Of a DNA stretch of 64,000 nucleotides, positions 20,354 to 30,409 are shown one piece after another. Made by a program: the position numbers and the translations under genes. The stretch comes from an uncultured delta proteobacterium. GTDB lineage: Bacteria; Myxococcota_A; Polyangia; Fen-1088. The notes below the pieces were generated by a model that saw only the letters and a program-made list of their open reading frames with translations, ran no database searches and had not been told where the DNA came from. The stretch spans positions 192,001 through 256,000 of the forward strand of contig CAWCMR010000011.1 in the NCBI GenBank assembly GCA_963796685.1. The letters run 5' to 3'. How positions within the stretch are numbered: position 1 is the stretch's first letter; each line of letters starts with the position of its first letter.

Positions 20354-21775
20354 CTACTTCTCGCCTGTTGCCTGCGCGCGGAGGCCGGTCCGTGATTTCA
20401 GAAACTCGAGCAGATCGTTCAATTCTGCCGGCTTCATGTTGTTGGCGTAGGACGGCATGTTGTAGCCGCCGTTGAGAATCCGCCAGGTCATCTGGTCGTC
20501 GGTGAGACGTTCGCCGATCGTGGTCAGCTCGGGGCCGCGAAAGCCTCCGTCGTCGCCAATGCGGTGACAATAGATGCAACCCTTGTCGTGAAAGGTTTGT
20601 GCCCCTTGAAAAAGTGGGCCCTGGCTTGCACCAATGACCTTCACGCTCAAGGGTGCGGCCGTAAAATCAGGCGACCATGGGGCCTTGCTGCCTGCAACCC
20701 AGAGCGTTCCGACCATCAATAGGATCATCAACACGGTGCCGACCGCCCAAGGCCGGCGCGCGAAATGGCGCTCGCCGCCCGGGAAGAGGAAGGGCAAGCT
20801 GATGAGGACCAGACCAGCCAACAGGGGAGCCCCGACGATCACGTACGGTTCGAGCCCATGGGGCAACAGGGCCAGCACGGCGAAGTACCAAAGCAGGTAC
20901 CAGTCAGGCCGGGGCGATGCCTTCAGGATCGTGGGATCCGGCGGGCTGCCCATGGTCGGCGGTCCCAAGGCATAGGCAAATGCGCCGAGCACGACGATCA
21001 TGGCAAAGCCAAAAACGACGTCTCGCCACGCGGCATCCGGCCAAAAGGGACGTCCTTCACGCCGCAAGAGATCTTCGTACCATTTGCGGTACGTCTGGCG
21101 ATCGACCGGATGCCCGGCCCGGGGCGGCTCGGAGATACCGTTGCGGAAGACGAGATACAGATGAAGGGGCACGGCCGCGAAGATCACCGCGGGGATGAAG
21201 AAGACGTGGAATGCGAAAAACCGCGACAAGGTCGCCCCGCCCACGGTATCTCCCGCAAGGATGAAATGCGCCAGAGGCATGCCGATGAGAGGAACCCGCC
21301 CGGCCTGTTCGGCAGCGACGATGACGGACCAAACGGCATTTTGGTCCCACCGAAGCAGTTGCCCGGTGAAGCCCATGAGTACCGTCACCCCCAGCAGCAG
21401 GACTCCACTAAGCCAGCTCATCTCGCGGGGATACTTGTAGACCCCCATGAGAAAGACCCGAATCATGTGTACCCCGATGAACAAGATCATCGCCGAGGCG
21501 CCGAAGTAGTGCAGGCCACGCAGGAAGTTGCCAAGCCAGGCGTCGTGGCTGATGAACTGGAGGGTCTCGTACGCGTTGGCGGTGGAGGGCACGTACATCG
21601 TCGCCAGGGCAATGCCGGTGGCCACCTGGATAATGAACGCGGTCAGTGTCGCGCTGCCGAACACATACCACCAGTTGGTATCCGGAGGCACCAGGTGGTG
21701 CGCTGCCTTGCCTATCAGGGCCCCGGTGCCGGTGCGATCCTCGAACCACAACCAGATGTTCCTGAGCAAGCGCAT
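20354..21775 (-). CDS. qcrB: Cytochrome b (QcrB/PetB-type) fused to a C-terminal cytochrome c
   Basis: Heme b His ligands (RGLHYF, VHMIR, FHVF, LHL), PDWY Qo motif, CIYCH and distal Met (NMP). Confidence 0.93.
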   Translation of the reverse strand: MRLLRNIWLWFEDRTGTGALIGKAAHHLVPPDTNWWYVFGSATLTAFIIQVATGIALATMYVPSTANAYETLQFISHDAWLGNFLRGLHYFGASAMILFIGVHMIRVFLMGVYKYPREMSWLSGVLLLGVTVLMGFTGQLLRWDQNAVWSVIVAAEQAGRVPLIGMPLAHFILAGDTVGGATLSRFFAFHVFFIPAVIFAAVPLHLYLVFRNGISEPPRAGHPVDRQTYRKWYEDLLRREGRPFWPDAAWRDVVFGFAMIVVLGAFAYALGPPTMGSPPDPTILKASPRPDWYLLWYFAVLALLPHGLEPYVIVGAPLLAGLVLISLPFLFPGGERHFARRPWAVGTVLMILLMVGTLWVAGSKAPWSPDFTAAPLSVKVIGASQGPLFQGAQTFHDKGCIYCHRIGDDGGFRGPELTTIGERLTDDQMTWRILNGGYNMPSYANNMKPAELNDLLEFLKSRTGLRAQATGEK

Positions 21776-21782
21776 CGTGGCC

Positions 21783-22265
21783 TCACGTGGTGGAGATTGG
21801 AACCGGGCTGGTCAGCACTTCCACGCGACCGTCGCGCACGCGCACGGGGTACTGTACGAGTGGGCGGGGTGGAGGGCCTGCCGCGACGGTCCCGTCGTTG
21901 TAGTAGACGCCACCGTGGCAGGGACACATGAATAGATCGGCCTTGGGGAGCCAGCGCACGGGACAACCGAGATGTGTGCAGTTGACCGAAAATGCGGTGA
22001 ACCCGTCGGAAGCGTCTCGTCTGAGCCAGGCCGCCGAGGCGGCCGTCAGTCCCGACCACGGCAATGGCGAGGCGTTCTCGAACCTGACCTCGACCGTGGT
22101 GCCGACCTGGAACTGGTCGACCGACCCGACATTCCACCAACGCCGAGGCACCTTGCGCAAAAGCGGTGCCAGGAACGACCCGACCACCGGAAGTCCGATG
22201 GCCGTCCCGGCAATGCTTGCAAGGACGATGCTAAGGCGCGCCAGAAATTCGCGCCGCAGGATCAA
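21783..22265 (-). CDS. qcrA: Rieske iron-sulfur subunit
   Basis: Tat motif RREFL; CTHLGC and CPCHG boxes; TTG start overlaps the upstream stop. Confidence 0.93.
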   Translation of the reverse strand: MILRREFLARLSIVLASIAGTAIGLPVVGSFLAPLLRKVPRRWWNVGSVDQFQVGTTVEVRFENASPLPWSGLTAASAAWLRRDASDGFTAFSVNCTHLGCPVRWLPKADLFMCPCHGGVYYNDGTVAAGPPPRPLVQYPVRVRDGRVEVLTSPVPISTT

Positions 22266-22471
22266 GGCGGATCCTCCTGGCGATGCTCTTGGGTGAGGTT
22301 CCTGATCCAACCCGACAGGCTGGCGACGACCAGAACCATCCCCACCGCAGAGATGATCCAGGTGGTCACCAGTCCCCACAAGGCGAGCAGGTTTCCAAGC
22401 GCGAGCGCCACCGGCCAATAGGTCGGCTCGGGCAAGGTGGCGGGTTTGGCGGCGTTCCAATCGTTTGACAT
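22262..22471 (-). CDS. Small two-TM oxidase-associated subunit (subunit IV/CtaF-like)
   Basis: LPEPTYWP followed by two hydrophobic helices; position within the operon. Confidence 0.7.
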   Translation of the reverse strand: MSNDWNAAKPATLPEPTYWPVALALGNLLALWGLVTTWIISAVGMVLVVASLSGWIRNLTQEHRQEDPP

Positions 22472-22479
22472 TTTGGGGG

Positions 22480-23274
22480 TCAAGGGTGACGAGCCTCCTC
22501 TTCTTGGTACCATCGCAGAAGGGTGGCGAGGATTGCGGTGACGAAGATGACACTACCGAGGACCCACATGATGGCGCCCCCCAGACGCTGGTCCGAGATG
22601 GTGCTGAGTCCCCACCGTTCGCGAATCATCGCCAGGGCACCGAGCTCGTCGTGCGGGTGGGCGTAGCCGGCATAGAACGGCGTGGTCGAGAAGGCGAAGA
22701 TGATGCCGAGCAGGGCATTGGCGGTCGCCGCCAGCGCCAGGTAGGCAACCGCGAGGAGCGCGGGCATCCGGTGGCCGGCGATGGGCGTCAGGATGGGCCA
22801 CCACAGGATGGTACCGGTCACCAGGAACGTGAGATGCTCGAGGATGTGTACACGCTCGTCGGCCAGGGTCAGGTCGTAGAGGGAAGGCAAGTGCCAGATC
22901 CACAGGGTGCCGATGGCAAGCGGCCACGCGACGCCTGGCCGGCGCAAAATACTCTCGACCAGCGCCGCCGGCCGCCAGCGCAGAATTCGGCGAGTCAAGG
23001 CAGGGGAAACGCCGAGCACGAAGAGCGGCGGCGCGACGAACACGAGGAGGATGTGCTGCACCATGTGGGCACTGAACAGGTAGTCGTCCGCCAGGACGTC
23101 GAGGGGCGACACCAAGGCGAGCAACATGATGGCGACGCCCGCAGCGAAGTAGAAGGTCGACCGTTCCAATCGGAAACGGTTGGCCCCCAAGTATCCCCCC
23201 ATGAGCAGCGACGCGCCGGCGATCACGGACGGCTCCCAATCCCATCCTCTTCGCAGCAGGTCCCATCCAGTCAT
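22480..23274 (-). CDS. ctaG: Cytochrome c oxidase assembly factor CtaG (caa3 type)
   Basis: SPLD...LFSAHMVQH, WHLP, HILEH, DQRLGGAIMW. Confidence 0.9.
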   Translation of the reverse strand: MTGWDLLRRGWDWEPSVIAGASLLMGGYLGANRFRLERSTFYFAAGVAIMLLALVSPLDVLADDYLFSAHMVQHILLVFVAPPLFVLGVSPALTRRILRWRPAALVESILRRPGVAWPLAIGTLWIWHLPSLYDLTLADERVHILEHLTFLVTGTILWWPILTPIAGHRMPALLAVAYLALAATANALLGIIFAFSTTPFYAGYAHPHDELGALAMIRERWGLSTISDQRLGGAIMWVLGSVIFVTAILATLLRWYQEEEARHP

Positions 23275-23822
23275 ACGAATTTCCATAGGTAGACGACCCC
23301 GAATATCACCACCCAAACGACGTCGACGAAATGCCAGTAGAGGGAGATCCCCTCGGTGGCCCCCAGGCTCGGTTCCCGGGCATTTCGACCGAGCGAGAGA
23401 CCCAACAGAATCGAAAGCATCACCAACCCGACGAATACATGCAGTCCGTGAAAACCGGTCAGGGTGAAGAAGGTGGTGCCGAACAGATCCCGGCTGATGG
23501 TGATGTGATGGCGCAGGAGGTTGGCGTATTCGGTGCCCTGGCCGAACAAGAACACGGCGCCGAGCAGGATGGTCAGCAGCAACCAACAGGCGGCACGGCC
23601 GCGCCTGCGCGCCCGCAGGCCGACCCCGGCCCGCCACACGGTCACGCTGCTGGCGAAGAGGGCCAGCGAGAAAAGGCCCGTCCGGAGGACGTCGAGCGCG
23701 CCCGCGGCGTGCGGTCCCCGGCCACCCGAGAGATGAAAGAACATATAGGCAACCACCAGGAGGAGGAAAAAGTTTGCCTCGGATACGATGAAGAGGACCA
23801 TACCGAGCTTCGCAGGGTTCAT
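23271..23822 (-). CDS. ctaE: Heme-copper oxidase subunit III
   Basis: FIVSE, FFTLTGFHGLHV, YWHFVDVVW. Confidence 0.93.
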   Translation of the reverse strand: MNPAKLGMVLFIVSEANFFLLLVVAYMFFHLSGGRGPHAAGALDVLRTGLFSLALFASSVTVWRAGVGLRARRRGRAACWLLLTILLGAVFLFGQGTEYANLLRHHITISRDLFGTTFFTLTGFHGLHVFVGLVMLSILLGLSLGRNAREPSLGATEGISLYWHFVDVVWVVIFGVVYLWKFV

Positions 23823-24887
23823 GGCGACTGGGCCTCCTTCCCCGCGGGTTGGGAATGCGTCAGATCCCAAAGCGGGCGTCGTCCGTTGACGGGAGGAACT
23901 CGGTCGAAGTTGTGCACCGGCGGCGGCGAAGACGTGGCCCATTCGAGGGTCCACGCATTCCAAGGGTTGTCGCCAGCGGCGGCACCACGGCGCCAACCGA
24001 AGACCAGATTCACGATGAAGAGCAGGATCGCCGCCGCCAGCACGAAGGCAAACAGCGATGAGATGAGATGGAGGATCGGTAGCGGGGGACGGTTCTCGTA
24101 CGTGTACGCCCTTCTCGGCATCCCCACCACACCGAGCGCGTGCATCCCGAGAAAGGTCCCGTTAAAGCCGACGACCATGAGCCAGAAGTGCCAGCGACCG
24201 ATCCTCTCCGACAGTATCCGCCCGGTCATTTTGGGGAACCAATAGTAGAATCCCGCGAGCATGGCAAAGAGTGTTCCGCCCAGGAGCACGTAGTGGATAT
24301 GCGCGACGACGAAATAGCTGTCGGTCAGTCGGCCAGTCGATGGGAACCGCGGCGAAAGTCACGCCGCTGAGGCCGCCGATGGTGAACTGGACAAGGAACG
24401 CGGTGGCAAACAGCATCGCCGTGGTCAAGCGCAACGAGCCGCCCCACATGGTGGCGATCCAGTTGAAGATCTTGATACCGGTGGGAACCGCGATGAGCAT
24501 GCTGCTCGCGGAGAAGAGGTAGAGAACGGCGAAGTCCAGCCCGGTGGCGAACATGTGATGAACCCACACGGCGAAACTGAGAAAGCCGATGGCCACCGTC
24601 GAAGCCGCCATGAAGCCGTACCCGAAGATCACCTTGCGCGAAAAGACCGGAATGACCTCCGAAATGATGCCAAAAGCAGGCAGAACCAGGATGTAGACCT
24701 CGGGGTGGCCGAAGAGCCAAAAGTAGTGCTGCCACAGCAGAGCAGAGCCGCCGGTGGCCGGCGCGAAGAAATGGGCGTTGAGCTGGCGATCCATGAAGAG
24801 CATCACCAGCGCGGCGTTCAGGGCGGGCAGGGCCACGACGACGAGAAAGGCGTTGATGAAGACCATCCAGACGAACAGCGGCAATCG
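23819..24887 (-). CDS. ctaD: Cytochrome c oxidase subunit I, C-terminal part only; one frameshift near 24330
   Basis: WLFGHPEVY, VWVHHMF, VVAHIHYV, GMPRR, TLEW; similarity ends at RLPLFVW. Confidence 0.92.
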
Positions 24888-25116
24888 AGGATTTCGCGAA
24901 GCGAATACGCGAAGTGCGGTTCGGGGATTCTCACCAGGACGAGAAGAGCATGTTCGGCGTTTCGCCTTCTTGCTACACGCGCGAACATGCCTGTTGCCGC
25001 CGGTGGAAGCGATCGCGCGTCGGGCTATCTGCTATGCCACGACCCAAATTGTGAGCTGGTTGTTGGTCTGATTCCTGGCGCCGCCGGCCGGCGTCGGGGC
25101 CACAGATCAGCGATGT

Positions 25117-25923
25117 ATGGTCCTTGCGGTGGCGACAGGTCAGAGGCGCGAGACAATCGTGGTGGTCGCCCATCCCGATGATGAAGTGCTGTGGCTGGGT
25201 CCGGTCCTGCCGAACGCGGCGACGGTCCTGGCCGCATTTTCGGTGGCAAGCGAGAACCCGGCTCTGACCGAAGGGAGGGAGGTCGTCCGGCGAGACTATC
25301 CCTACCGGAACTTCGAATTTCTGGGCCTGCAGAACGCCAGGGTCTACGGCCATTCCGATTTTCTGAATCGTGTGCCCGTCGAGTACGGCGTCACGCTCAT
25401 GCGTTCTTGTCCTCCGGAGCGTGCCGAGCGGTATCGGGCCAATTACTCGGCTCTCCTGGCCGGCATCGATCCCTATATGGGACCGCGAACCGAGGTCTAC
25501 ACCCACAACCCTTGGGGAGAGTACGGACACGAAGAGCACATTCAGGTCAACCATGCCGTGGTGGCCTTGGCGCAACGACACCGGTGCTCGGTATGGGCGT
25601 GGAACGGGTTGTCGAGCCAAGAACTGATCTCACGGGACGTATGGCTGAGGGCTCACTTCTACCCGGAAGACGACCTCGAGGGCGTCCCGTCCGTCGAGCT
25701 CGTGGTCGACCTCGACCGCTACCGGGAAATCCGGACGCTCTATCAGCGCCACAACGCCTGGACCTGGCACGATGCTTACCTTCCGCCCAACCCGAGCCGC
25801 TTCGTTCAGCTCGTCCGTGACGGTGACATCCTTGTTTCAGCGCGCCAACTTCGGTGGTCCCACCGTGCATTCATTGCCAAGGAGATCGTCTTCAGGAAGA
25901 CGAAGTACTACGCGCGGGGGTGA
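25117..25923 (+). CDS. PIG-L/LmbE-like deacetylase family protein
   Basis: AHPDDE and THNPWGEYGHEEH metal-binding motifs. Confidence 0.75.
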   Translation: MVLAVATGQRRETIVVVAHPDDEVLWLGPVLPNAATVLAAFSVASENPALTEGREVVRRDYPYRNFEFLGLQNARVYGHSDFLNRVPVEYGVTLMRSCPPERAERYRANYSALLAGIDPYMGPRTEVYTHNPWGEYGHEEHIQVNHAVVALAQRHRCSVWAWNGLSSQELISRDVWLRAHFYPEDDLEGVPSVELVVDLDRYREIRTLYQRHNAWTWHDAYLPPNPSRFVQLVRDGDILVSARQLRWSHRAFIAKEIVFRKTKYYARG

Positions 25924-26022
25924 GAGGCGGGTCCACGACGGTTCGCGGTCGGAGAGGTCCCGAGGTTGAGTTGCGACGTCGTGCAGCTCCGGTATCGCCC
26001 GACTCAAGTCGGGACGTGATCG

Positions 26023-27156
26023 ATGCGCATCCTCATGTACGCCAAGTCGCTGAAGCGAGAGGGCGGGACCGAGATCAGTGGCCTCCAGATCGCAAAGGCG
26101 TTGAGTGGGCGAGGGCATTCCATCGACTTGCTCTACGAGTACGACGGTGCCCTTCGATCGGAGTATCGCTCGTTCTGTCGGTCGGTGACGCGCTCTTGGA
26201 TGAGCTTGGACAAGCGCTCCATCCGAGATGCTGTCCGGCTCCTCCCGGCGATCGTGGCGGGCGCACGATGCCGTCCGAACGTGATCTACGTGCATCGCTT
26301 CCGCGATGTCGTCTGTGCGCGACTGACGGGCCTCATGGTGGGCGCGCCCGTCGTATGTCACCTCCGAGACACTTTTCACGACGGGACGACACTTCGGCTC
26401 CGCCATTGGGCGGATCGATTCATCGCCGTATCAGGTGCAACCTGCGACTCATGGGTGCGCGACGGTCTGGACGGCTCGCGTGTCGACGTGGTGCACACGG
26501 GGATCAATCCCAACGACTATCCCGGGGGGGGCGAGGCAGAGCGTGCGTCAGCACGCCAGATGCTGGGTCTCCCCGCTCACGGGTTTTTCGCGCTCTATTA
26601 CGGTCGGCTGGATGTCGACAAGGGCATCGACTTGCTACTCGAGGGGTGGCGCCGCCTTGGCATGTCGGCGCACGGGGGGCGCCTTGTGCTTCAGGGGCGC
26701 CCCGTGCTTGCCCGCGATCCTGAGCGTTACCTTCGAGGTCTGCAGGAGCGAGCCCCGGAGGGATGCCTCTGGTTCCCCATGGGCGATGACGTCATCACTG
26801 TTCTTCACGCCGTCGACGCCGTCGTGCTCCCGTCGGTCACCGAGGGCCTGAGCCGGACGGTGCTCGAAGGCATGGCGTCGGGTCGACCGGTCGTGGCAAC
26901 CCGTGTGGGGGGCGTTCCGGAAATCCTCACAGGCCCGTTTGAACGGTTCCTGTTCGAGAGCGGCGACACGGATGGTCTGGCGGATCGCCTCGCGTCTGTC
27001 GTCGAGTGGAGGCAACGGGAACCGCGCCTGGGCATGGAGTGCTCCGAGCACGTCGCTGCCAACTTCAGCATGCAACGGATGGTCCTGAGGATCGAAGACA
27101 TCCTCGGGGAGGAGGTCAGGAGCCGGTCCAGGATCCGAGTGCGTGCCACCGGATGA
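26023..27156 (+). CDS. Glycosyltransferase family 4
   Basis: GGTE, GRLDVDKG, EGLSRTVLEGMASGRPVVAT (E-x7-E motif). Confidence 0.92.
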   Translation: MRILMYAKSLKREGGTEISGLQIAKALSGRGHSIDLLYEYDGALRSEYRSFCRSVTRSWMSLDKRSIRDAVRLLPAIVAGARCRPNVIYVHRFRDVVCARLTGLMVGAPVVCHLRDTFHDGTTLRLRHWADRFIAVSGATCDSWVRDGLDGSRVDVVHTGINPNDYPGGGEAERASARQMLGLPAHGFFALYYGRLDVDKGIDLLLEGWRRLGMSAHGGRLVLQGRPVLARDPERYLRGLQERAPEGCLWFPMGDDVITVLHAVDAVVLPSVTEGLSRTVLEGMASGRPVVATRVGGVPEILTGPFERFLFESGDTDGLADRLASVVEWRQREPRLGMECSEHVAANFSMQRMVLRIEDILGEEVRSRSRIRVRATG

Positions 27157-27216
27157 AGACTCTGGGGGTGGCCCGTGGACGGGACCTCCATCCCGCCGGG
27201 CGCCTGGACGCCGTGC

Positions 27217-27244
27217 TCAAGGACGGGATCATGCGTGTCGATGG
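27217..27244 (+). promoter_or_regulatory. Putative sigma28 (FliA/WhiG)-type promoter
   Basis: TCAA-N16-GTCGATGG upstream of the EAL gene. Confidence 0.5.
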
Positions 27245-27334
27245 TCAACATGGTGAGTTGTTCCGAGGATCGCGTCCAACCCCGTTCTGACGAGCCGCCG
27301 AGCTGATAACGAACGGAGCTGAACCCAGTCCGCG

Positions 27335-29371
27335 ATGGCATTGCCCCTGCCAGCACGTAGTGGCGATCTCTTCCTCACCAGGAAGGGAAGGCTCTCACGT
27401 GCCCGTGGACGGTCCAAGGGACCGCTCCACGGGGGGACACCCCGGAGTTCTCTGACCGAGCGGGAGGGAGCCGAGTCGGCCCAACGGTTGGACGATCGCC
27501 AAGGCATCATCCGCGCCACCCTCGCCAACCAGGGCTTTGAGATCGTCTTCCAGCCGATCGTCGACCTTCGAACCGGTGGTGTGGCAGGGGCCGAAGCCTT
27601 GACCCGCTTCGAGGAGTCGCCCGATCGTTCCCCCGACGTCTGGTTCGCCGAGGCCCGAGAGATCGGCCTCGGCGTGGAGCTGGAAATGGCCGCCCTGCGT
27701 CTGGCCCTCGGTCAGCTGAAACAACTTCCGTCCGGCCTGTACCTGTCGCTCAACGCGTCACCTGACACCATGATGTCCCGAGGAGTTCCGCGCTCCGTGG
27801 CCGAGGCCCCGGCCGAGCGCGTTGTGCTCGAGTTGACCGAGCATGAGCGCATCGACGACTACGAGCGGTTCGGACAGGCTGCCAGCGAGCTGCGATCCCA
27901 CGGGGTGCGACTCGCCGTCGACGACGCCGGCGCCGGATTTTCGAGCTTCCGCCACATCCTCAATCTCCGCCCCGACATCATCAAGCTCGACATCGGGCTC
28001 ACGCGGGGCATCGACGACGACCCGGCCCGTCGGGCCTTGGGGTCGGCCATGCTTGCCTTCGGTCTCGATGCATTCGGTGCCGCCATCGTCGCCGAAGGGA
28101 TCGAGACCGAGGGTGAGTTCAACACGCTGCGTGGCCTCGGCTGTCGATTTGGCCAAGGCTTCTATCTCGGTCGTCCCGGCAGGTTGCGGCTTCCTCGTCC
28201 CCAGTCCGACAGTTCTGCGCAACCACGACCCACCGGTAATGCAGTGACACCGCCGACGTTGGCCCCGAAGGCCCTCGCGGGCGGCGGTGACTCGGATCGT
28301 CGCGACCGGCGGAGTCAGCCGAGTCACGCGCCGTTGTTGGCTCCCGACGGAAGTCCACTGCGCACCGGTGTGACCACTGCGGGTGTCTCCGGCCCCGACG
28401 AACGACCACGCGACGCCCAGGACGAACTTCTCGCCCTCGTTGCTGAACTCGAGGGCCGGCCAAGAGGTGCGAAAGCAGCATGGAACGGGGATCGCTCGCG
28501 TCCGTCTCTTCCGCTAGACGCGCCGATCGCTCGAAGGAGGTGCTGCGTGGCCGCAGTATGGTTGGCCGCGGATGCCCGGTGCGGCCCTATCGCAAGGGGC
28601 CGCACTCGAGGAGGCGTCGTCGTGACCGACGAGAAAGACAGCGAGGTCCACAAGGCAGAGAGCCGGCTCGGGTCCTCGGTATGCCCGGGTTCCGGGGAGC
28701 GTGCGCCCGAGGAATACCAGCCCCGTGTCCTGGGGATCCCCACGGACTGGTTCGCGATCATCGGAGCGAGGCCCAGGCCCTCTGGGTTCCACGTTCGTCG
28801 ACTCGCCCACCCCGTGCGGTGGTGGAGATGGCGCCGTCAGGTGCGCCGCTTGGGGCCGTACGCGCCCGACTTCGACGACGGCGAGCGTTTCCGCGGCAAG
28901 AGCGAGGAAAGCCCACTCAACACGGCAGGTAGGGATCGCCGCTGCGACGAGACCCCGGCACGTGTGGGCCGGCCCGGCCCGAAGTGGGCGAGCCCAGGTC
29001 GCGTCATACGCTGCCCCCATGGCAACGACCCCAGGTGGAACGACTCGGACCACCAGGATCGCGACCTGGGTGACCCTCGCCATCGTCGTCTTTCTCGCTG
29101 CCGAGATCGGGTTGGCGGTGACCCAGTCCCCCCGTGTGCAGCCCCCGAGCCCGGCTGCAGCTGCTCCAAGGGGCCCTGGCCGCTGCCGGCGCATCGGACG
29201 CCTTTCACTACCGAGCGGTGTGGAGCGCCGGACGGCTTCTCGCAGATCGTGGTGGGAGACGCTAGGCCTTCTTCGGGATCGGAAACCGTCTCCGTGGGCA
29301 GTGACCGCTTCACCGTTGTCGTCTACGGGACAGGTGGCGTACTTCGAGGGCGTGGCCGCCGCGCTGCGTGA
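27335..29371 (+). CDS. EAL-domain c-di-GMP phosphodiesterase (domain about 27490-28180); the ORF beyond about 28500 is probably read-through
   Basis: FQPIVDL, AEALTRF, LELTE, AVDDAGAGFSS, IKLD, AEGIE, GQGFYLGRP. Confidence 0.85.
   Translation: MALPLPARSGDLFLTRKGRLSRARGRSKGPLHGGTPRSSLTEREGAESAQRLDDRQGIIRATLANQGFEIVFQPIVDLRTGGVAGAEALTRFEESPDRSPDVWFAEAREIGLGVELEMAALRLALGQLKQLPSGLYLSLNASPDTMMSRGVPRSVAEAPAERVVLELTEHERIDDYERFGQAASELRSHGVRLAVDDAGAGFSSFRHILNLRPDIIKLDIGLTRGIDDDPARRALGSAMLAFGLDAFGAAIVAEGIETEGEFNTLRGLGCRFGQGFYLGRPGRLRLPRPQSDSSAQPRPTGNAVTPPTLAPKALAGGGDSDRRDRRSQPSHAPLLAPDGSPLRTGVTTAGVSGPDERPRDAQDELLALVAELEGRPRGAKAAWNGDRSRPSLPLDAPIARRRCCVAAVWLAADARCGPIARGRTRGGVVVTDEKDSEVHKAESRLGSSVCPGSGERAPEEYQPRVLGIPTDWFAIIGARPRPSGFHVRRLAHPVRWWRWRRQVRRLGPYAPDFDDGERFRGKSEESPLNTAGRDRRCDETPARVGRPGPKWASPGRVIRCPHGNDPRWNDSDHQDRDLGDPRHRRLSRCRDRVGGDPVPPCAAPEPGCSCSKGPWPLPAHRTPFTTERCGAPDGFSQIVVGDARPSSGSETVSVGSDRFTVVVYGTGGVLRGRGRRAA
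28622..28890 (+). CDS. Possible small hypothetical protein embedded in the long ORF; end approximate
   Basis: RBS gaggagg before GTG 28622; LGIPTDWF...LAHPVRWWRWR...LGPYAPDFDD. Confidence 0.4.
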
Positions 29372-29792
29372 CCAACTCGGGCTCCCGGCCGCGTCGGCGT
29401 CGTTGTACGCGGGCACTTGGATCTCGCTGCAGCAGTCTGACGGGCCCTACCCATCGGTCGAAGGGGTGACCACGTCAGCGGCGTTGGCTCAGGTCTTGAT
29501 CGCTCCTTCCGCCACGTCGGCGCACCGCATCCACGGCGTGCTCCTGTCCCGGATCACGGGACGGATTCCTCACGGTCACGAAGTGACGGGCTCGGCGCGC
29601 CTTGACGTGCTGTCGCGCTCCAATCTCCCTGCGGTCTACTCCGCTCATGGAGCCGATGGCGGGCAACGATGGTCGACCACGATCACGTTTTCCCGCTGGG
29701 ACGTGAACTCGCCGGTCTCCGCCCCGGCGGCGGCTCTCCCGTTCTCGTATCTCCAAGGGTCGCCACCGGTGGTAAGGAAGACCCTGACGTGA
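29019..29792 (+). CDS. Membrane-anchored exported protein, probably frameshifted internally
   Basis: N-terminal TM WVTLAIVVFLAAEIGLAV; beta-rich C-terminus ending TFSRWDVNSPVSAP. Confidence 0.55.
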   Translation: MATTPGGTTRTTRIATWVTLAIVVFLAAEIGLAVTQSPRVQPPSPAAAAPRGPGRCRRIGRLSLPSGVERRTASRRSWWETLGLLRDRKPSPWAVTASPLSSTGQVAYFEGVAAALRDQLGLPAASASLYAGTWISLQQSDGPYPSVEGVTTSAALAQVLIAPSATSAHRIHGVLLSRITGRIPHGHEVTGSARLDVLSRSNLPAVYSAHGADGGQRWSTTITFSRWDVNSPVSAPAAALPFSYLQGSPPVVRKTLT

Positions 29793-29927
29793 TCGTCACG
29801 AGGTGGCAGCCGGGACCATCTCGTATCCGGTACCGGCGACCGAGCAAAATACCGGTGGGCCGATGAGTGTGCGTCGTGGCGGCCGTCTGAGCTCCGAACG
29901 AATCGATCCAAGCCGAATGGAGGTCCC

Positions 29928-30344
29928 ATGGACTGGAAACTGGAGCTCGTCGTCGTCCCCGTGGCCGATCAGGACCGGGCCAAGGCCTTCTACACCGAGA
30001 AGGCCGGGTTCGATTTGCACGTAGACCATCGGGCCGGCGATTTCCGGGTCGTCCAAGTGACGCCGCCTGGTTCGCCCTGCTCGATCGCCCTCATGAAGAA
30101 TCCCGAAGCGGCGGGCTCGGTCCAGGGCCTCCATCTCGTTGTCTCCGATATCGACGCCGCCCATGCCTCCCTGGTGGAACGGGGAGTCGCCGTGAGCGAG
30201 CTGTTCCACTTCGAAGAAGGACTACAGGTCTCCGGCCCGGATCCACAACGCGCCGACTACGACACGTTCTGCGCTTTCAGCGATCCCGACGGCACTGGCT
30301 GGATGGTCCAGGAGGTCGGAAGGATCAAGGCGACGGAGCGGTGA
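29928..30344 (+). CDS. VOC/glyoxalase family protein
   Basis: RBS ggagg; VPVADQDRAKAFY, QVTPPGSPCSI, FSDPDGTGW. Confidence 0.92.
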   Translation: MDWKLELVVVPVADQDRAKAFYTEKAGFDLHVDHRAGDFRVVQVTPPGSPCSIALMKNPEAAGSVQGLHLVVSDIDAAHASLVERGVAVSELFHFEEGLQVSGPDPQRADYDTFCAFSDPDGTGWMVQEVGRIKATER

Positions 30345-30409
30345 GATCCCTGGGGCGGCGGTGACGCATCCCGCCATGCCGGTACAATCCGAGCAATGGG
30401 TGTGACTCC

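Noticed and set aside
27335-29371. 678-aa EAL fusion with a novel C-terminal domain
   Set aside because: The tail is low-complexity, overlaps another gene and has an internal RBS; likely read-through or frameshift
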